A DNA stretch of 64,000 bases. Origin: Deltaproteobacteria bacterium (GTDB taxonomy: Bacteria; UBA10199; JADFYH01). Positions 9,193 to 18,373 of the stretch are shown here, piece by piece. The notes beneath the pieces are model-generated. The model was not told where the DNA came from and searched no databases. It saw only the letters and a list, made by a program, of their open reading frames with translations. A program made the translations under genes and the position numbers. Positions within the stretch are counted from its first letter, which is position 1. Every line of letters begins with the position of its first letter. The stretch spans positions 43,021 through 107,020 of the forward strand of contig JADFYH010000003.1 in assembly GCA_015233135.1 (NCBI GenBank). Direction: 5' to 3'.

Positions 9193-11319
9193 ATGTTTAA
9201 TATTCAAAGTGTTTCTGCTCAACTCGGAAATAAAACCATCCACATTGAAACCGGAAAACTTGCCAAGCAGGCAGGGGGCTCAGTGACGGTTCGTTGTGGA
9301 GATACCATTGTTCTAGTCACCGCTGTGGTGGCCACAAAAGCCCGTGTGGGAATCGATTTTTTCCCTCTCACTGTCGATTATGTTGAAAAAACCTATGCTG
9401 CTGGAAAAATCCCCGGCGGATTTTTTAAGCGTGAAGGTCGGCCTACCGAAAAAGAAGTCCTTACTTCCCGTTTTATCGATAGACCCATTCGGCCTCTGTT
9501 TCCAGATCATTTCCAAAATGATGTTCAAGTGACGGCCCTCGTTTTATCGGCCGATCCGGAAAATGATCCTGATGTTTTGGCCATGGTGGGTGCCTCTGCA
9601 GCTCTCATGCTGACGGGAGCTCCTTTTCAGGGGCCTATTGCCGGATGTCGCATTGGCCGCATTAATGGCGATTGGGTTTTAAATCCCAGCGCTGCGCAAC
9701 TCGAAAAGTCTGAGCTTGAAATGATTGTAGCGGCTACGAAAGATGCCATTGTGATGGTGGAAGGTGGCGGAGATGAAGTGAGCGAAGAAGTGATGATCGA
9801 GGCTATCCTGAAAGCCCATCAAGCCATGCAGCCTTTGCTGCAAGTTCAAGTGGAACTGGCTTCCAGAGCCGCAAAAGCCAAGATGGAAGTGGTGCTTCCC
9901 GAAGTAAATCAGCCTTTAATTGATCAAGTCAAACAACTTGCCGAACAAAAACTGGCTGTGGCGATTCGTATTCCTGAAAAACAAAAACGCTATCAATCGA
10001 TGGATGAAGTAAAAGCTGAAACGATCAAAGCCATTGTCACCGAAGGGGCTGAAGACGAAGAGACCAAAAAAGCCGAAGTAAAGGCTGTTTTTGAAGACTT
10101 AAAACGTACTCTGGTTCGAGAAATGATTTTAAAAGATAATCTTCGAGTAGATGGGAGAAATCTTCAACAGATTCGTCCCATTATCTGTGAGGCCGGCCTG
10201 CTTCCCCGTGCCCATGGATCCGCCTTGTTTACCCGAGGTGAAACTCAAGCAATTGTGGCCACTACCTTGGGAACCGAAGACGATCTGCAAATTATTGATA
10301 CCTTGATGTTTAATGGGCATAAAAACTTCATGCTGCATTATAATTTTCCTCCTTTTTCAGTGGGTGAGGTGAGAAATATGCGTTCGCCCGGACGACGCGA
10401 AATTGGCCATGGTGCCCTGGCAGAACGCGCGATTCGAAAGGTGATGCCAAAAGGAGACTTTCCTTATACAATTCGTATTGTTGCAGAGATTTTAGAATCC
10501 AATGGTTCCAGCTCAATGGCTACGGTTTGCGGCGCGTCTCTTTCTTTGATGGATGCGGGAATTCAAATCAAGGCCCCGGTGGCCGGCATTGCGATGGGAC
10601 TAATTCAAGAAGAAGGCAAGACCGCTATTTTGTCCGATATCTTGGGAGACGAAGACCATTTGGGAGATATGGATTTTAAAGTGGCAGGGACTACCCAGGG
10701 AATTACTGCCATTCAGATGGATATCAAAATTCAGGGCCTCACCCATGACTTGTTGAAACAAGCCTTGGAACAGGCGCGGGTAGGGCGTTTGCATATTTTA
10801 AGTAAAATGGATGAGGCCTTAACGACCCATCGAAAAGAGCTTTCCCCTTATGCCCCCCGTGTGGAAACCCTAAAAATTCCCAAAGACAGAATTCGAGAAG
10901 TAATTGGCACGGGTGGAAAGGTCATCCGATGGATTATTGAAGAAACCGGCGCAAAAATTGATGTGAATGATGAGGGCTTAATCAATATCTATTCCAGCGA
11001 TGGTGAGGCCTTGGCCAAGGCCAAACAAATCATTCAATTCATCGTGGCCGATCCTGAAGAAGGAAAGACCTACCTGGGGCGCGTGCAAAAAATCATGGAT
11101 TTTGGCGCCTTTGTCGAAATCCTTCCGGGGACCGATGGATTGGTGCATATTTCTCAACTCGCAGATCGCCGTGTAGAACGCGTGACCGATATTTTAAAAG
11201 AGGGCGATGAAGTGGTGGTGAAATGTATTGGGATTGATCGGGATGGGAAAATTAAGCTTTCGCTGAAAGAAGCGGTGGGATTGGTAGCAGATATTGTTCC
11301 TATTCGGATGCCAAGGTAG
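9193..11319 (+). CDS. pnp: Polynucleotide phosphorylase (two RNase PH domains, KH and S1).
   Basis: ORF 9076..11319. Start taken at the ATG at 9193, preceded by aaaggag. MFNIQSV...[11 protein letters not shown] is the typical PNPase N-terminus. C-terminal KH (GKVIRWI) and S1 domains. Confidence 0.95.
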   Translation: MFNIQSVSAQLGNKTIHIETGKLAKQAGGSVTVRCGDTIVLVTAVVATKARVGIDFFPLTVDYVEKTYAAGKIPGGFFKREGRPTEKEVLTSRFIDRPIRPLFPDHFQNDVQVTALVLSADPENDPDVLAMVGASAALMLTGAPFQGPIAGCRIGRINGDWVLNPSAAQLEKSELEMIVAATKDAIVMVEGGGDEVSEEVMIEAILKAHQAMQPLLQVQVELASRAAKAKMEVVLPEVNQPLIDQVKQLAEQKLAVAIRIPEKQKRYQSMDEVKAETIKAIVTEGAEDEETKKAEVKAVFEDLKRTLVREMILKDNLRVDGRNLQQIRPIICEAGLLPRAHGSALFTRGETQAIVATTLGTEDDLQIIDTLMFNGHKNFMLHYNFPPFSVGEVRNMRSPGRREIGHGALAERAIRKVMPKGDFPYTIRIVAEILESNGSSSMATVCGASLSLMDAGIQIKAPVAGIAMGLIQEEGKTAILSDILGDEDHLGDMDFKVAGTTQGITAIQMDIKIQGLTHDLLKQALEQARVGRLHILSKMDEALTTHRKELSPYAPRVETLKIPKDRIREVIGTGGKVIRWIIEETGAKIDVNDEGLINIYSSDGEALAKAKQIIQFIVADPEEGKTYLGRVQKIMDFGAFVEILPGTDGLVHISQLADRRVERVTDILKEGDEVVVKCIGIDRDGKIKLSLKEAVGLVADIVPIRMPR

Positions 11320-11343
11320 TCAGCTAATCTTTTAGTCTTCTTT

Positions 11344-11447
11344 CCTCCCCTTAAGCTAAGGGGAGGTTAGGAGGGGTTATGATTCAATTGTATCCAATTG
11401 TTCGTAACGCCCCCTGACCCCCTCTTACCCTAAGAGGGGGAATTTGT
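11344..11447. repeat. Composite GC-rich palindromic repeat: two hairpin units, each followed by a (t)tatgattcaa(a)tt motif.
   Basis: Hairpin 1 is cctccccttaagctaaggggagg. Hairpin 2 is ccccctgaccccctcttaccctaagaggggg. The same two-hairpin unit recurs at 36693..36812. Confidence 0.7.
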
Positions 11448-11897
11448 ATGATTCAAATCCCTCTCCAACATCTAAAGCCCGAATTGTCTCAGCAAATGCC
11501 GAAGTACATGACTGCAGGGTCAGCAGGAATGGACCTTTGCGCGGCCATAGAAAATCCTGTCGTCTTAAAACCTTTTGAGAGAAAACTCATTTCCACCGGT
11601 TTGGCGATTGCACTCCCTCCAGGCTACGAGGCCCAGATTCGGCCTCGCAGTGGTTTGGCCATTAAGAAAGGTATTACCTGCCTCAATTCTCCAGGCACCA
11701 TTGATAGCGATTATCGCGGTGAAATTGGTGTGATCTTGATTAATTTAGGGTCTGAAGAAGTGTTGATTGAAAAAGGCGAGCGCATCGCCCAGATGATTAT
11801 TTCTCGTTATGAACAAATTGGGTGGCAGGAAGTGGCCGAATTGCCTAGCTCTGAGCGGGGGAGTGGGGGCTTCGGTTCGACTGGAACTCGTTCATAA
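11448..11897 (+). CDS. dut: dUTP diphosphatase
   Basis: Motifs AGMDL, RSGLA and [10 protein letters not shown]. 149 aa. Confidence 0.9.
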   Translation: MIQIPLQHLKPELSQQMPKYMTAGSAGMDLCAAIENPVVLKPFERKLISTGLAIALPPGYEAQIRPRSGLAIKKGITCLNSPGTIDSDYRGEIGVILINLGSEEVLIEKGERIAQMIISRYEQIGWQEVAELPSSERGSGGFGSTGTRS

Positions 11898-11957
11898 ATG
11901 AAATTTGTGAGTTACTAATTATTTGACTTCAGAAATCATTCTCACTACCAAAAGGGC

Positions 11958-12836
11958 ATGGAAAACCTTAAAGAAAACCTCCTGGAACTCATTCGAAAAA
12001 CCTCCGCCGAACTTCCCGCTGATGTTATGCGAGCTCTGGAGTCGGGGCAGCAAAAGGAAATGCAGGGCAGTCCCAGTCAACATGCCATGGATAATATCCA
12101 AAAGAATATCCAATTGGCCCTGGAAAAATCCAAACCCCTTTGTCACGACACAGGATCCATTCTTTTTTATGTTGAGGCCCCTCGCGGTTTTGATCAGTTG
12201 GTTTTTGAGCAGGAAGCCAAGAAAGCGGTGATTGTGGCCACCAAAAAAGGTTATCTTCGGCAAAATTCCGTCGATTCTATCACGGGTCAAATTTCAGAAA
12301 ATAACACAGGGCCTGGAAATCCCAGTTTTCACTTTCATCAGAATACCCGAAAAGATTTTACGGTGAGGCTACTTCTTAAAGGGGGTGCTTGTGAGAATGT
12401 GGGAGCCCAGTATTCTTTGCCTTGTGAGGCCCTTAAGGCAGACCGTGATTTGGAAGGCGTGAAAAAATGTATTTTGAATGCGGTGTCGCAGGCTCAAGGA
12501 AAAGGTTGCAGTCCTGGAGTTTTGGGGGTGACTATCGGTGGAGATAGATCCACTGCCTATGCAGGGTCAAAGGAACAATTTTTACGGCCTATCACCGATG
12601 TGAATTTGAATCCAACCTTAGCACGGCTTGAAGAAGAAATCGTTAAAGAAGCCAACAAGCTGGGCATAGGTCCTATGGGCTTTGGCGGGGAAACTACTTT
12701 ATTGGCTTGCAAAATTAGCGCACTCAATCGGGTTCCGGCCTCCTTTTTTGTGACCATTTCCTATATGTGCTGGGCCTTTCGTCGTCAGGGATTTGTACTT
12801 TCGATGGAAGGTGAAATCAAGAAGTGGTTGTATTAG
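11958..12836 (+). CDS. Fe-S hydro-lyase, tartrate/fumarate family, alpha subunit (FumA/TtdA N-terminal-type).
   Basis: 292 aa. The N-terminal pattern and CHDTGS resemble the class I fumarate hydratase / L(+)-tartrate dehydratase alpha region. No beta-subunit ORF is adjacent. Confidence 0.6.
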   Translation: MENLKENLLELIRKTSAELPADVMRALESGQQKEMQGSPSQHAMDNIQKNIQLALEKSKPLCHDTGSILFYVEAPRGFDQLVFEQEAKKAVIVATKKGYLRQNSVDSITGQISENNTGPGNPSFHFHQNTRKDFTVRLLLKGGACENVGAQYSLPCEALKADRDLEGVKKCILNAVSQAQGKGCSPGVLGVTIGGDRSTAYAGSKEQFLRPITDVNLNPTLARLEEEIVKEANKLGIGPMGFGGETTLLACKISALNRVPASFFVTISYMCWAFRRQGFVLSMEGEIKKWLY

Positions 12837-12860
12837 GATCTGTCCGTATAAAATCCACTA

Positions 12861-14069
12861 TCACTTTTCACTCCTCTTCAATTCTTCCTCAATCAACAGA
12901 TTGATTTTGATGGGATTCAGCCAATCCTCGAGCTTCCTTCCATTTACAAATACCCCCGGGGTACCATTCACCTGAGCTTGGTTTCCCATTTCGATGTCCT
13001 TTTTAACTGTATCCAAATGTTCATTCGATTTCAGGCATTGATTGAACTTATTTTCATCCAAGCCTAGTCCTTTGGCGAATTCTGGGAATCGTTCGGAACT
13101 CAAGCGGGTTTGTTCTTCGAAAATCTTGTCATGCATTTCCCAGAATTTGTTTTGGTCTTGGGCGCAATAAGCCGCCATGGCGGCAGTGCAGGCATTTTGA
13201 TGCAGATCGCGCTGCATGTATGGGTTGCAGCTTTTATCGAGGGGATAGCTCATGTAGATGAACTGAATTTTTTTCAGATACTGCCTCAAGTAAGGTTTAA
13301 GTGTGGCAGCAGCCCTTTTACAATGAGGGCATTCGAAATCACTGAATTCCACAATCTTAATAGGGGCATCCGGATTTCCCCAGGAGGCGTGGTTTTGGAT
13401 ATCGAAAGTGTACTGAGGTTCAATGTAGTGAAAATCCAGGAAGGCCTGGTGATCAAAGTCTTCCAAATCCTCTGTATATTTTTTTTCATTGGCATAGAGT
13501 GCTGCCAAGGTGATGAGAAAGAAAATGAGTAAGAAGGCCAAATGTCCGAAAAAAGAAGAGCGCAAAGTTTCTCTTTGTTTCGTGTTACCGATTTGAAAAA
13601 AATCTTTCAAAAAATTAAGGCGTGTGGGTTGTTTTGGAAAGAAAAGATGGATGAAAATAAAAAACAAAAAAGTTATAAAGTACAGTGAAACACAAAAGAG
13701 GCAGTAACTTTTTATGATATAAGAAGAGACTAATCCCAGATAAATTGAAAAACCCAGGGCAGGGTAAGTCCCCAGTAAGGGGAAGGTAAGCGTCGCTGCA
13801 CTTTCTTCGCGATTGATAAAGGCATAAGCCATAGCGAGGAGGGCATAGATATAAAAAAGAAGGCCAAGGCCGCTTACTGGGAAAGGGCCCAGCTTGGAAT
13901 AAGTGCTGATGATGACGCTATCGCAATCAAATTTGCCGTTGATATTGCAAATACTTTTATGTTCAAACCCTTCCTTTAAGATATCAAAATGTCGTACGGT
14001 CAGGTACCCGGATACCGCAAGGCCGGCAAGGATGAGGATGAGCAGGATTAAAAGATGTTTTGTTTTCAT
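12861..14069 (-). CDS. Vitamin K epoxide reductase (VKOR)-like membrane domain fused to a DsbA-like thioredoxin domain.
   Basis: Loop cysteines CNINGKFDC and an in-membrane CLFC (CxxC) are typical of VKOR. The C-terminal thioredoxin fold carries FECPHC. The ORF extends to 14108; I chose the ATG at 14069 (MKTKHLLILL). Confidence 0.7.
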   Translation of the reverse strand: MKTKHLLILLILILAGLAVSGYLTVRHFDILKEGFEHKSICNINGKFDCDSVIISTYSKLGPFPVSGLGLLFYIYALLAMAYAFINREESAATLTFPLLGTYPALGFSIYLGLVSSYIIKSYCLFCVSLYFITFLFFIFIHLFFPKQPTRLNFLKDFFQIGNTKQRETLRSSFFGHLAFLLIFFLITLAALYANEKKYTEDLEDFDHQAFLDFHYIEPQYTFDIQNHASWGNPDAPIKIVEFSDFECPHCKRAAATLKPYLRQYLKKIQFIYMSYPLDKSCNPYMQRDLHQNACTAAMAAYCAQDQNKFWEMHDKIFEEQTRLSSERFPEFAKGLGLDENKFNQCLKSNEHLDTVKKDIEMGNQAQVNGTPGVFVNGRKLEDWLNPIKINLLIEEELKRSEK

Positions 14070-14146
14070 AGTGAAAAAAACGCTACACAAGTGATTTGGA
14101 AGAGACAAGTTTTTTTGTGAAATGAAAAGATGAAAAAAGGAGAATT

Positions 14147-15223
14147 ATGAGTTCAGAGAAAATAAAACATCTTCGGGAAGAAATCGATCAGCTTGACCAA
14201 TCCTTTTTAAAGCTGCTTTCTCAGCGTGGTGAGAAAGTGATGCAAATTGGCCAGCTGAAGAAGGCCGCTCAAAGCCGCTTTCACGTGCCGGAGCGCGAGG
14301 CGAAGATCTTTCAGAAACTCAAAAAAAATAATCCGGGGCCCTATAAAGATGAAGCGATTTTAAGTATTTTTCGTGAAATCCTGTCTGCCTCTCTGGCTTT
14401 AGAATCTCCCTTGCAAGTGGCTTTTTTGGGGCCCGAGGCCACCTTCACGCATTTGGCGGCCATTCAACGCTTTGGGCTGTCGGCGCAATTTGTTCCTCAA
14501 GAAACGATTGCCCAGGTGTTTCAAGCGGTTCAGCAGAAAAAAGTAAATTACGGAATTGTGCCCATCGAAAATTCCACCGAGGGGGTGGTGAATCACACGC
14601 TCGATTTGTTTGTAGATTTTCCTCTGAAAATTTGCGGTGAAATTAAAATTGCGATTGTGCACAATCTGCTTTCTCAAGAAAGCGACTTGCGTAAAATCAA
14701 AAAAGTTTATTCTCATCCCCATGCCTTGGCGCAATGCCGGCAGTGGCTTACGAAGCATTTGCCTCAAGTGAAAATAGTGGATGTGGCCAGCACCGCAAAA
14801 GCCGCGGAAATAGTGAGCGGAGAAAAACAGGTGGCGGCTATTGCCTCCGAATATGCCGCCAGCAAATACAAATTAAAGGTGTTGTGTAAAAACATTGAAG
14901 ATCATCCCAATAACTTCACCCGATTTGTGGTGATCGGAGAAGAAGGCTGCGGGCCTTCGGGTCACGATAAAACCTCGCTGATGTTTTCTACCAAAGATGA
15001 AGTGGGGGTGCTGTTTAAATTGCTGGCCCCCTTTGCAAAAGAAAAAATAAATCTCACCAAAATAGAATCTCGTCCTCTGAAGGGGCGTGCCTGGGAGTAT
15101 ATCTTTTTTGTCGATTTAGATGGGCATCAGGAAGATCCCAAAGTGCGGCGTGCTATTGAGACGATGGCACAGAGTTGCTCTTTTTTACGGGTGCTGGGGT
15201 CTTATCCGAAGAGTGAGGTTTAG
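14147..15223 (+). CDS. pheA: Bifunctional chorismate mutase / prephenate dehydratase (P-protein) with a C-terminal ACT domain.
   Basis: RBS aaaaggag. N-terminal CM helix (LREEIDQLDQ), PDT domain and ACT domain. 358 aa. Confidence 0.9.
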   Translation: MSSEKIKHLREEIDQLDQSFLKLLSQRGEKVMQIGQLKKAAQSRFHVPEREAKIFQKLKKNNPGPYKDEAILSIFREILSASLALESPLQVAFLGPEATFTHLAAIQRFGLSAQFVPQETIAQVFQAVQQKKVNYGIVPIENSTEGVVNHTLDLFVDFPLKICGEIKIAIVHNLLSQESDLRKIKKVYSHPHALAQCRQWLTKHLPQVKIVDVASTAKAAEIVSGEKQVAAIASEYAASKYKLKVLCKNIEDHPNNFTRFVVIGEEGCGPSGHDKTSLMFSTKDEVGVLFKLLAPFAKEKINLTKIESRPLKGRAWEYIFFVDLDGHQEDPKVRRAIETMAQSCSFLRVLGSYPKSEV

Positions 15224-15263
15224 AAGAATAATGGCTATTTTGAAGATGAAAGTTCCTAAAATT

Positions 15264-15755
15264 AAAAGTGGGACTTGTTTAAATTTTAAAAGTGGACTGA
15301 AAACGAATTCCCCTCTCCCCTTGGGGGAGAGGGTAGGGTGAGGGGTAAAAATGAGTACTTTGATTGACCTTTCAAAATCTCTCAGGAAAAACTCAACTCA
15401 TACAGAAAATGATCTTTGGTATTATTTAAGATCAAGGCGATTAAATGGATTGAAATTTAGAAGACAGCATCCTCTTGGTCTATACATTGTAGATTTTATA
15501 TGTCTTGAGAAGCGCATTGTTATTGAATTGGACGGTGGGCAACATGCTGCAGCTCAAAGTGAAGGTAAGAAACGAGATGAATGGTTGAAAGCAGAAGGAT
15601 ACCAAGTATTACATTTTTGGAACTCTGAATTTTATGAAAATCGTGAAGGGGTGTTGAGTCAAATTTTAGCAGCAAGTGAATGAACCCCTCACCCTGCCCT
15701 CTCCCCCAGGGGGAGAGGGGATTATTAAAAGTCCACTTTTAAATTTAGGTAACAC
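15264..15755 (+). mobile_element. Compact cassette: a DUF559 endonuclease gene between inverted terminal repeats. The inner TIRs are GC-rich palindrome units of about 36 nt; the outer TIRs are AT-rich aaaagtggact segments.
   Basis: Left unit, 15310..15345, is cccctctccccttgggggagagggtagggtgagggg. Right unit, 15685..15720, is cccctcaccctgccctctcccccagggggagagggg, a near-perfect reverse complement. The outer segment taaattttaaaagtggact (15280..15298) is the reverse complement of aaaagtccacttttaaattta (15727..15747). Confidence 0.6.
15351..15683 (+). CDS. DUF559 domain protein (Vsr / PD-(D/E)xK-like endonuclease fold).
   Basis: Characteristic LWYYLRSRRLNGLKFRRQHPLGLYIVDFICLEKRIVIELDGGQH...VLHFWNSE. 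A degenerate second copy lies at 36883..37080. Confidence 0.8.
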   Translation: MSTLIDLSKSLRKNSTHTENDLWYYLRSRRLNGLKFRRQHPLGLYIVDFICLEKRIVIELDGGQHAAAQSEGKKRDEWLKAEGYQVLHFWNSEFYENREGVLSQILAASE

Positions 15756-15771
15756 CTAGAAAAAGTTTGTC

Positions 15772-16674
15772 TTAATTAAAATCCCCAGGCACCGGAGCTT
15801 CAATTCTTACCTCTTTGCCATCCGCCATCTGAAAAGAAAGCCTGTGGGCATGCAAAAGTATTCGGGTCGATTGCAATGGGCTTCCATACAAATCATCTCC
15901 CAAAATGGGATGTCCTTTTGACGCAAGATGGACGCGGATTTGGTGGGTGCGGCCTGTGAGAGGTCTGGCCTCAATCAAGGTCACTTTTTCGTTTGCTTCT
16001 AGAACTTTAAACTCCGTTTTACTCCAGCGGGAATTTTTTTGTTCCTTTTCATAAAGGCGATAAACATTGAGGGGCAATTTTCGAAAATCGCGCTGAAGGT
16101 ACCCTTCTACAATCCATTCTTTTTCTGCCGCTGCGGGGGAGACGAGGGCCAGGTAAGATTTTTTGATCTTCTGATCATGAAATTGTTTCATGAAATAAGC
16201 TTCGGTTTTTTTATCATAGGCGAATAAAACGATTCCGCTGGTTTGCCTATCCAAACGATGCAGGGCATTTAAATTTTTCAAGCCCGTGAAGTCACGAACT
16301 TGTTCCTGCAGGCCAAAACGAGTACTGGCGCGGCTTCCCTGTACGGGTAACCAGGCGGGTTTGTTCACGGCCAAAAGGCCATTCTCTTTCAATAAAATAT
16401 GCTGTGAAGAAATAGGAATGGCTTCTGGTTCTCTTGAAAAAAGATAAAGTTCGATTTCGGAGTTTGCTTTAAATGGATGTTTGAGATCTTGTTCATTCAG
16501 TCTTTTTTTGTTGAGATAACATCCTCCATGAAAAAGTGCTTTTTGAATATTTTCTGTAGCAAGATTGAGTTGCTGGGAGAGATAAGGCAGCAAGTTGCGA
16601 CCTGAAATTGTTTTTTCAAGGGTGAAGGAATAATACTTAACTGGTGGGTTGTAGCGGTAGGCGTCCGTTGTCAT
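15772..16674 (-). CDS. RluA-family pseudouridine synthase
   Basis: Catalytic motif HRLDRQTSGIVLFA and an S4-like N-terminus. ORF runs to 16713; the likely start is the ATG at 16674 (MTTDAYRY), overlapping the ABC-F stop as ATGA. Confidence 0.8.
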   Translation of the reverse strand: MTTDAYRYNPPVKYYSFTLEKTISGRNLLPYLSQQLNLATENIQKALFHGGCYLNKKRLNEQDLKHPFKANSEIELYLFSREPEAIPISSQHILLKENGLLAVNKPAWLPVQGSRASTRFGLQEQVRDFTGLKNLNALHRLDRQTSGIVLFAYDKKTEAYFMKQFHDQKIKKSYLALVSPAAAEKEWIVEGYLQRDFRKLPLNVYRLYEKEQKNSRWSKTEFKVLEANEKVTLIEARPLTGRTHQIRVHLASKGHPILGDDLYGSPLQSTRILLHAHRLSFQMADGKEVRIEAPVPGDFN

Positions 16675-18185
16675 TTTTGTCTTTTCTTCTTTCCACCCTC
16701 TTCCTCTTCCCAACCTATTTTTTCTAAAAACTCATCGTAGTTACCCAAGAAAAGTTCGGCTCCTCCTTCACGAAAGACAATCAGTTTGGTGGCGATGGCT
16801 CGCAAAATCATTTCGCTGTGAGTGACAATCATCATGGCGCCTTTGAAATTGCTAATGCTGTCTACCAGGGCATCAATCGATTGCATGTCCAAATGGTTGG
16901 TGGGTTCGTCCAGAAAGAGCAAATTGGCAGGAGCCGCCAGAATTTTTCCCAACAAAACGCGACTGCGTTCGCCTCCGGAAAGCACGCCAATACGCTTTTC
17001 AGCGGCATCGCCTTCAAACATCATCACCCCGCAAATGCCTCGCACTTGAGTGCGACTGAGGCTGGAGTTGACGGAACCAATTTCATCTTCCACGGTTGTT
17101 TTAAGATCGAGGCGATTGATATTGGTTTGTCCAAAATAGCCCAGTTTCATTTCGGGATGCGAATAGAGGCTGCCCCCCGTTGCTTGAAATTCACCAGCCA
17201 GCACATTCAGCAAAGTCGATTTCCCTTTTCCATTTTTCCCGATGATGGCAATGCGATCGTCACTTTTTATAGAAAAACTTAAATTCTGGATGAGCGGAGT
17301 TTTTGCTTCGTAGTGAAAAGATAAATCGTTCACCTCCATCACTGTTTTAGCGGCAAAGGGGGCGTAATGAAAATCGAAATCGAGGCTTTCGATATTTTGC
17401 AGGGCATCTTTGCTGCCCATTTTTTCTAATTGTCGAATACGCGATTGAACGGAAGCGGCTTTGGAGGCCTGGGCGCGAAAGCGGTTGATGAAGGTTTCGA
17501 TTTCTTTTCGTTTTTTGCCCTCGTTGACCCGATTTTTTTCGTAGAGTTCTTCGTCTTGCTCAATTTGGGTATAAAGTTTTTCGGTGGGGCCAGTGACTCT
17601 TTTTAATTTTTGTCGGTGAATGGCGGCCGTGTGTGTGGTGACGCTGTCCATAAATTCACGGTCATGCGAAATGAGGATGAGCTCATCTTTCCAGTTTCTC
17701 AAAAAGCGGGTGATCCAGCGCACGGAGACAATATCCAAATAGTTCGTGGGTTCGTCCAAAAGCAGAAGATTGGGTTCGGAGACCAACAGCTTCGCCAGAT
17801 TGAGACGAATTTGATAGCCACCCGAAAACTCATAAGGGCTGCGATCCATGTCTTCTTGGGTGAAGCCCAGCCCAAACAAAATTGCCTCTACTTTGTAGTA
17901 ACAATCTTCTTCTCCAACCGGCAATCCCAGTGCCCCTTCTAGCAACACCGTGGGTTGGGTAAAATTCAGATGCTGGGCAAGATGGCCTACACGGTAATTG
18001 CGGGGAAAGGTGATGCTGCCTTCATCCGGCAATTCTTCTTTCAAAACAAGTCTGAATAACGTGGATTTTCCGTGGCCATTTCGACCCACCAAACCCAGTC
18101 TTTCTCCGCGACTGAGTTGAAGGTCGAGATCTTCAAAAAGAATTTGGGAGCCGTAAGTCTTTGTCAGTTTGTTGATTTGCAGCAT
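16671..18185 (-). CDS. ABC-F family ATPase: two ABC cassettes, no TM domain.
   Basis: Two Walker A motifs (GRNGHGKST, GKNGKGKST) and two signature motifs (LSGGYQIRL, LSGGERSRV). Inter-domain linker present. 504 aa. Confidence 0.9.
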   Translation of the reverse strand: MLQINKLTKTYGSQILFEDLDLQLSRGERLGLVGRNGHGKSTLFRLVLKEELPDEGSITFPRNYRVGHLAQHLNFTQPTVLLEGALGLPVGEEDCYYKVEAILFGLGFTQEDMDRSPYEFSGGYQIRLNLAKLLVSEPNLLLLDEPTNYLDIVSVRWITRFLRNWKDELILISHDREFMDSVTTHTAAIHRQKLKRVTGPTEKLYTQIEQDEELYEKNRVNEGKKRKEIETFINRFRAQASKAASVQSRIRQLEKMGSKDALQNIESLDFDFHYAPFAAKTVMEVNDLSFHYEAKTPLIQNLSFSIKSDDRIAIIGKNGKGKSTLLNVLAGEFQATGGSLYSHPEMKLGYFGQTNINRLDLKTTVEDEIGSVNSSLSRTQVRGICGVMMFEGDAAEKRIGVLSGGERSRVLLGKILAAPANLLFLDEPTNHLDMQSIDALVDSISNFKGAMMIVTHSEMILRAIATKLIVFREGGAELFLGNYDEFLEKIGWEEEEGGKKKRQK

Positions 18186-18373
18186 GTGAAACTCTTGTCC
18201 GTAAAATGTATAAGGCGAAACGTGAAATGCGGCTGCCCTATATACGCCGCTAAGCTTGATGGCAATAGCGAAAACAGGGTGGAAGGAGTTATTTAATTTT
18301 TTGCTTTGCTCTCAAAAGCGTGAAGGGTATAAGCGTGCGTCGAACTTACTCAAAAAAAGAGAGCGGACTTCCC

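Noticed and set aside
11919-12290. ORFs 11919..12290 (-) and 11923..12231 (+) overlapping the start of the Fe-S hydro-lyase gene.
   Set aside because: The plus-strand 11958 frame has family-level similarity. The others are overlapping shadow frames.
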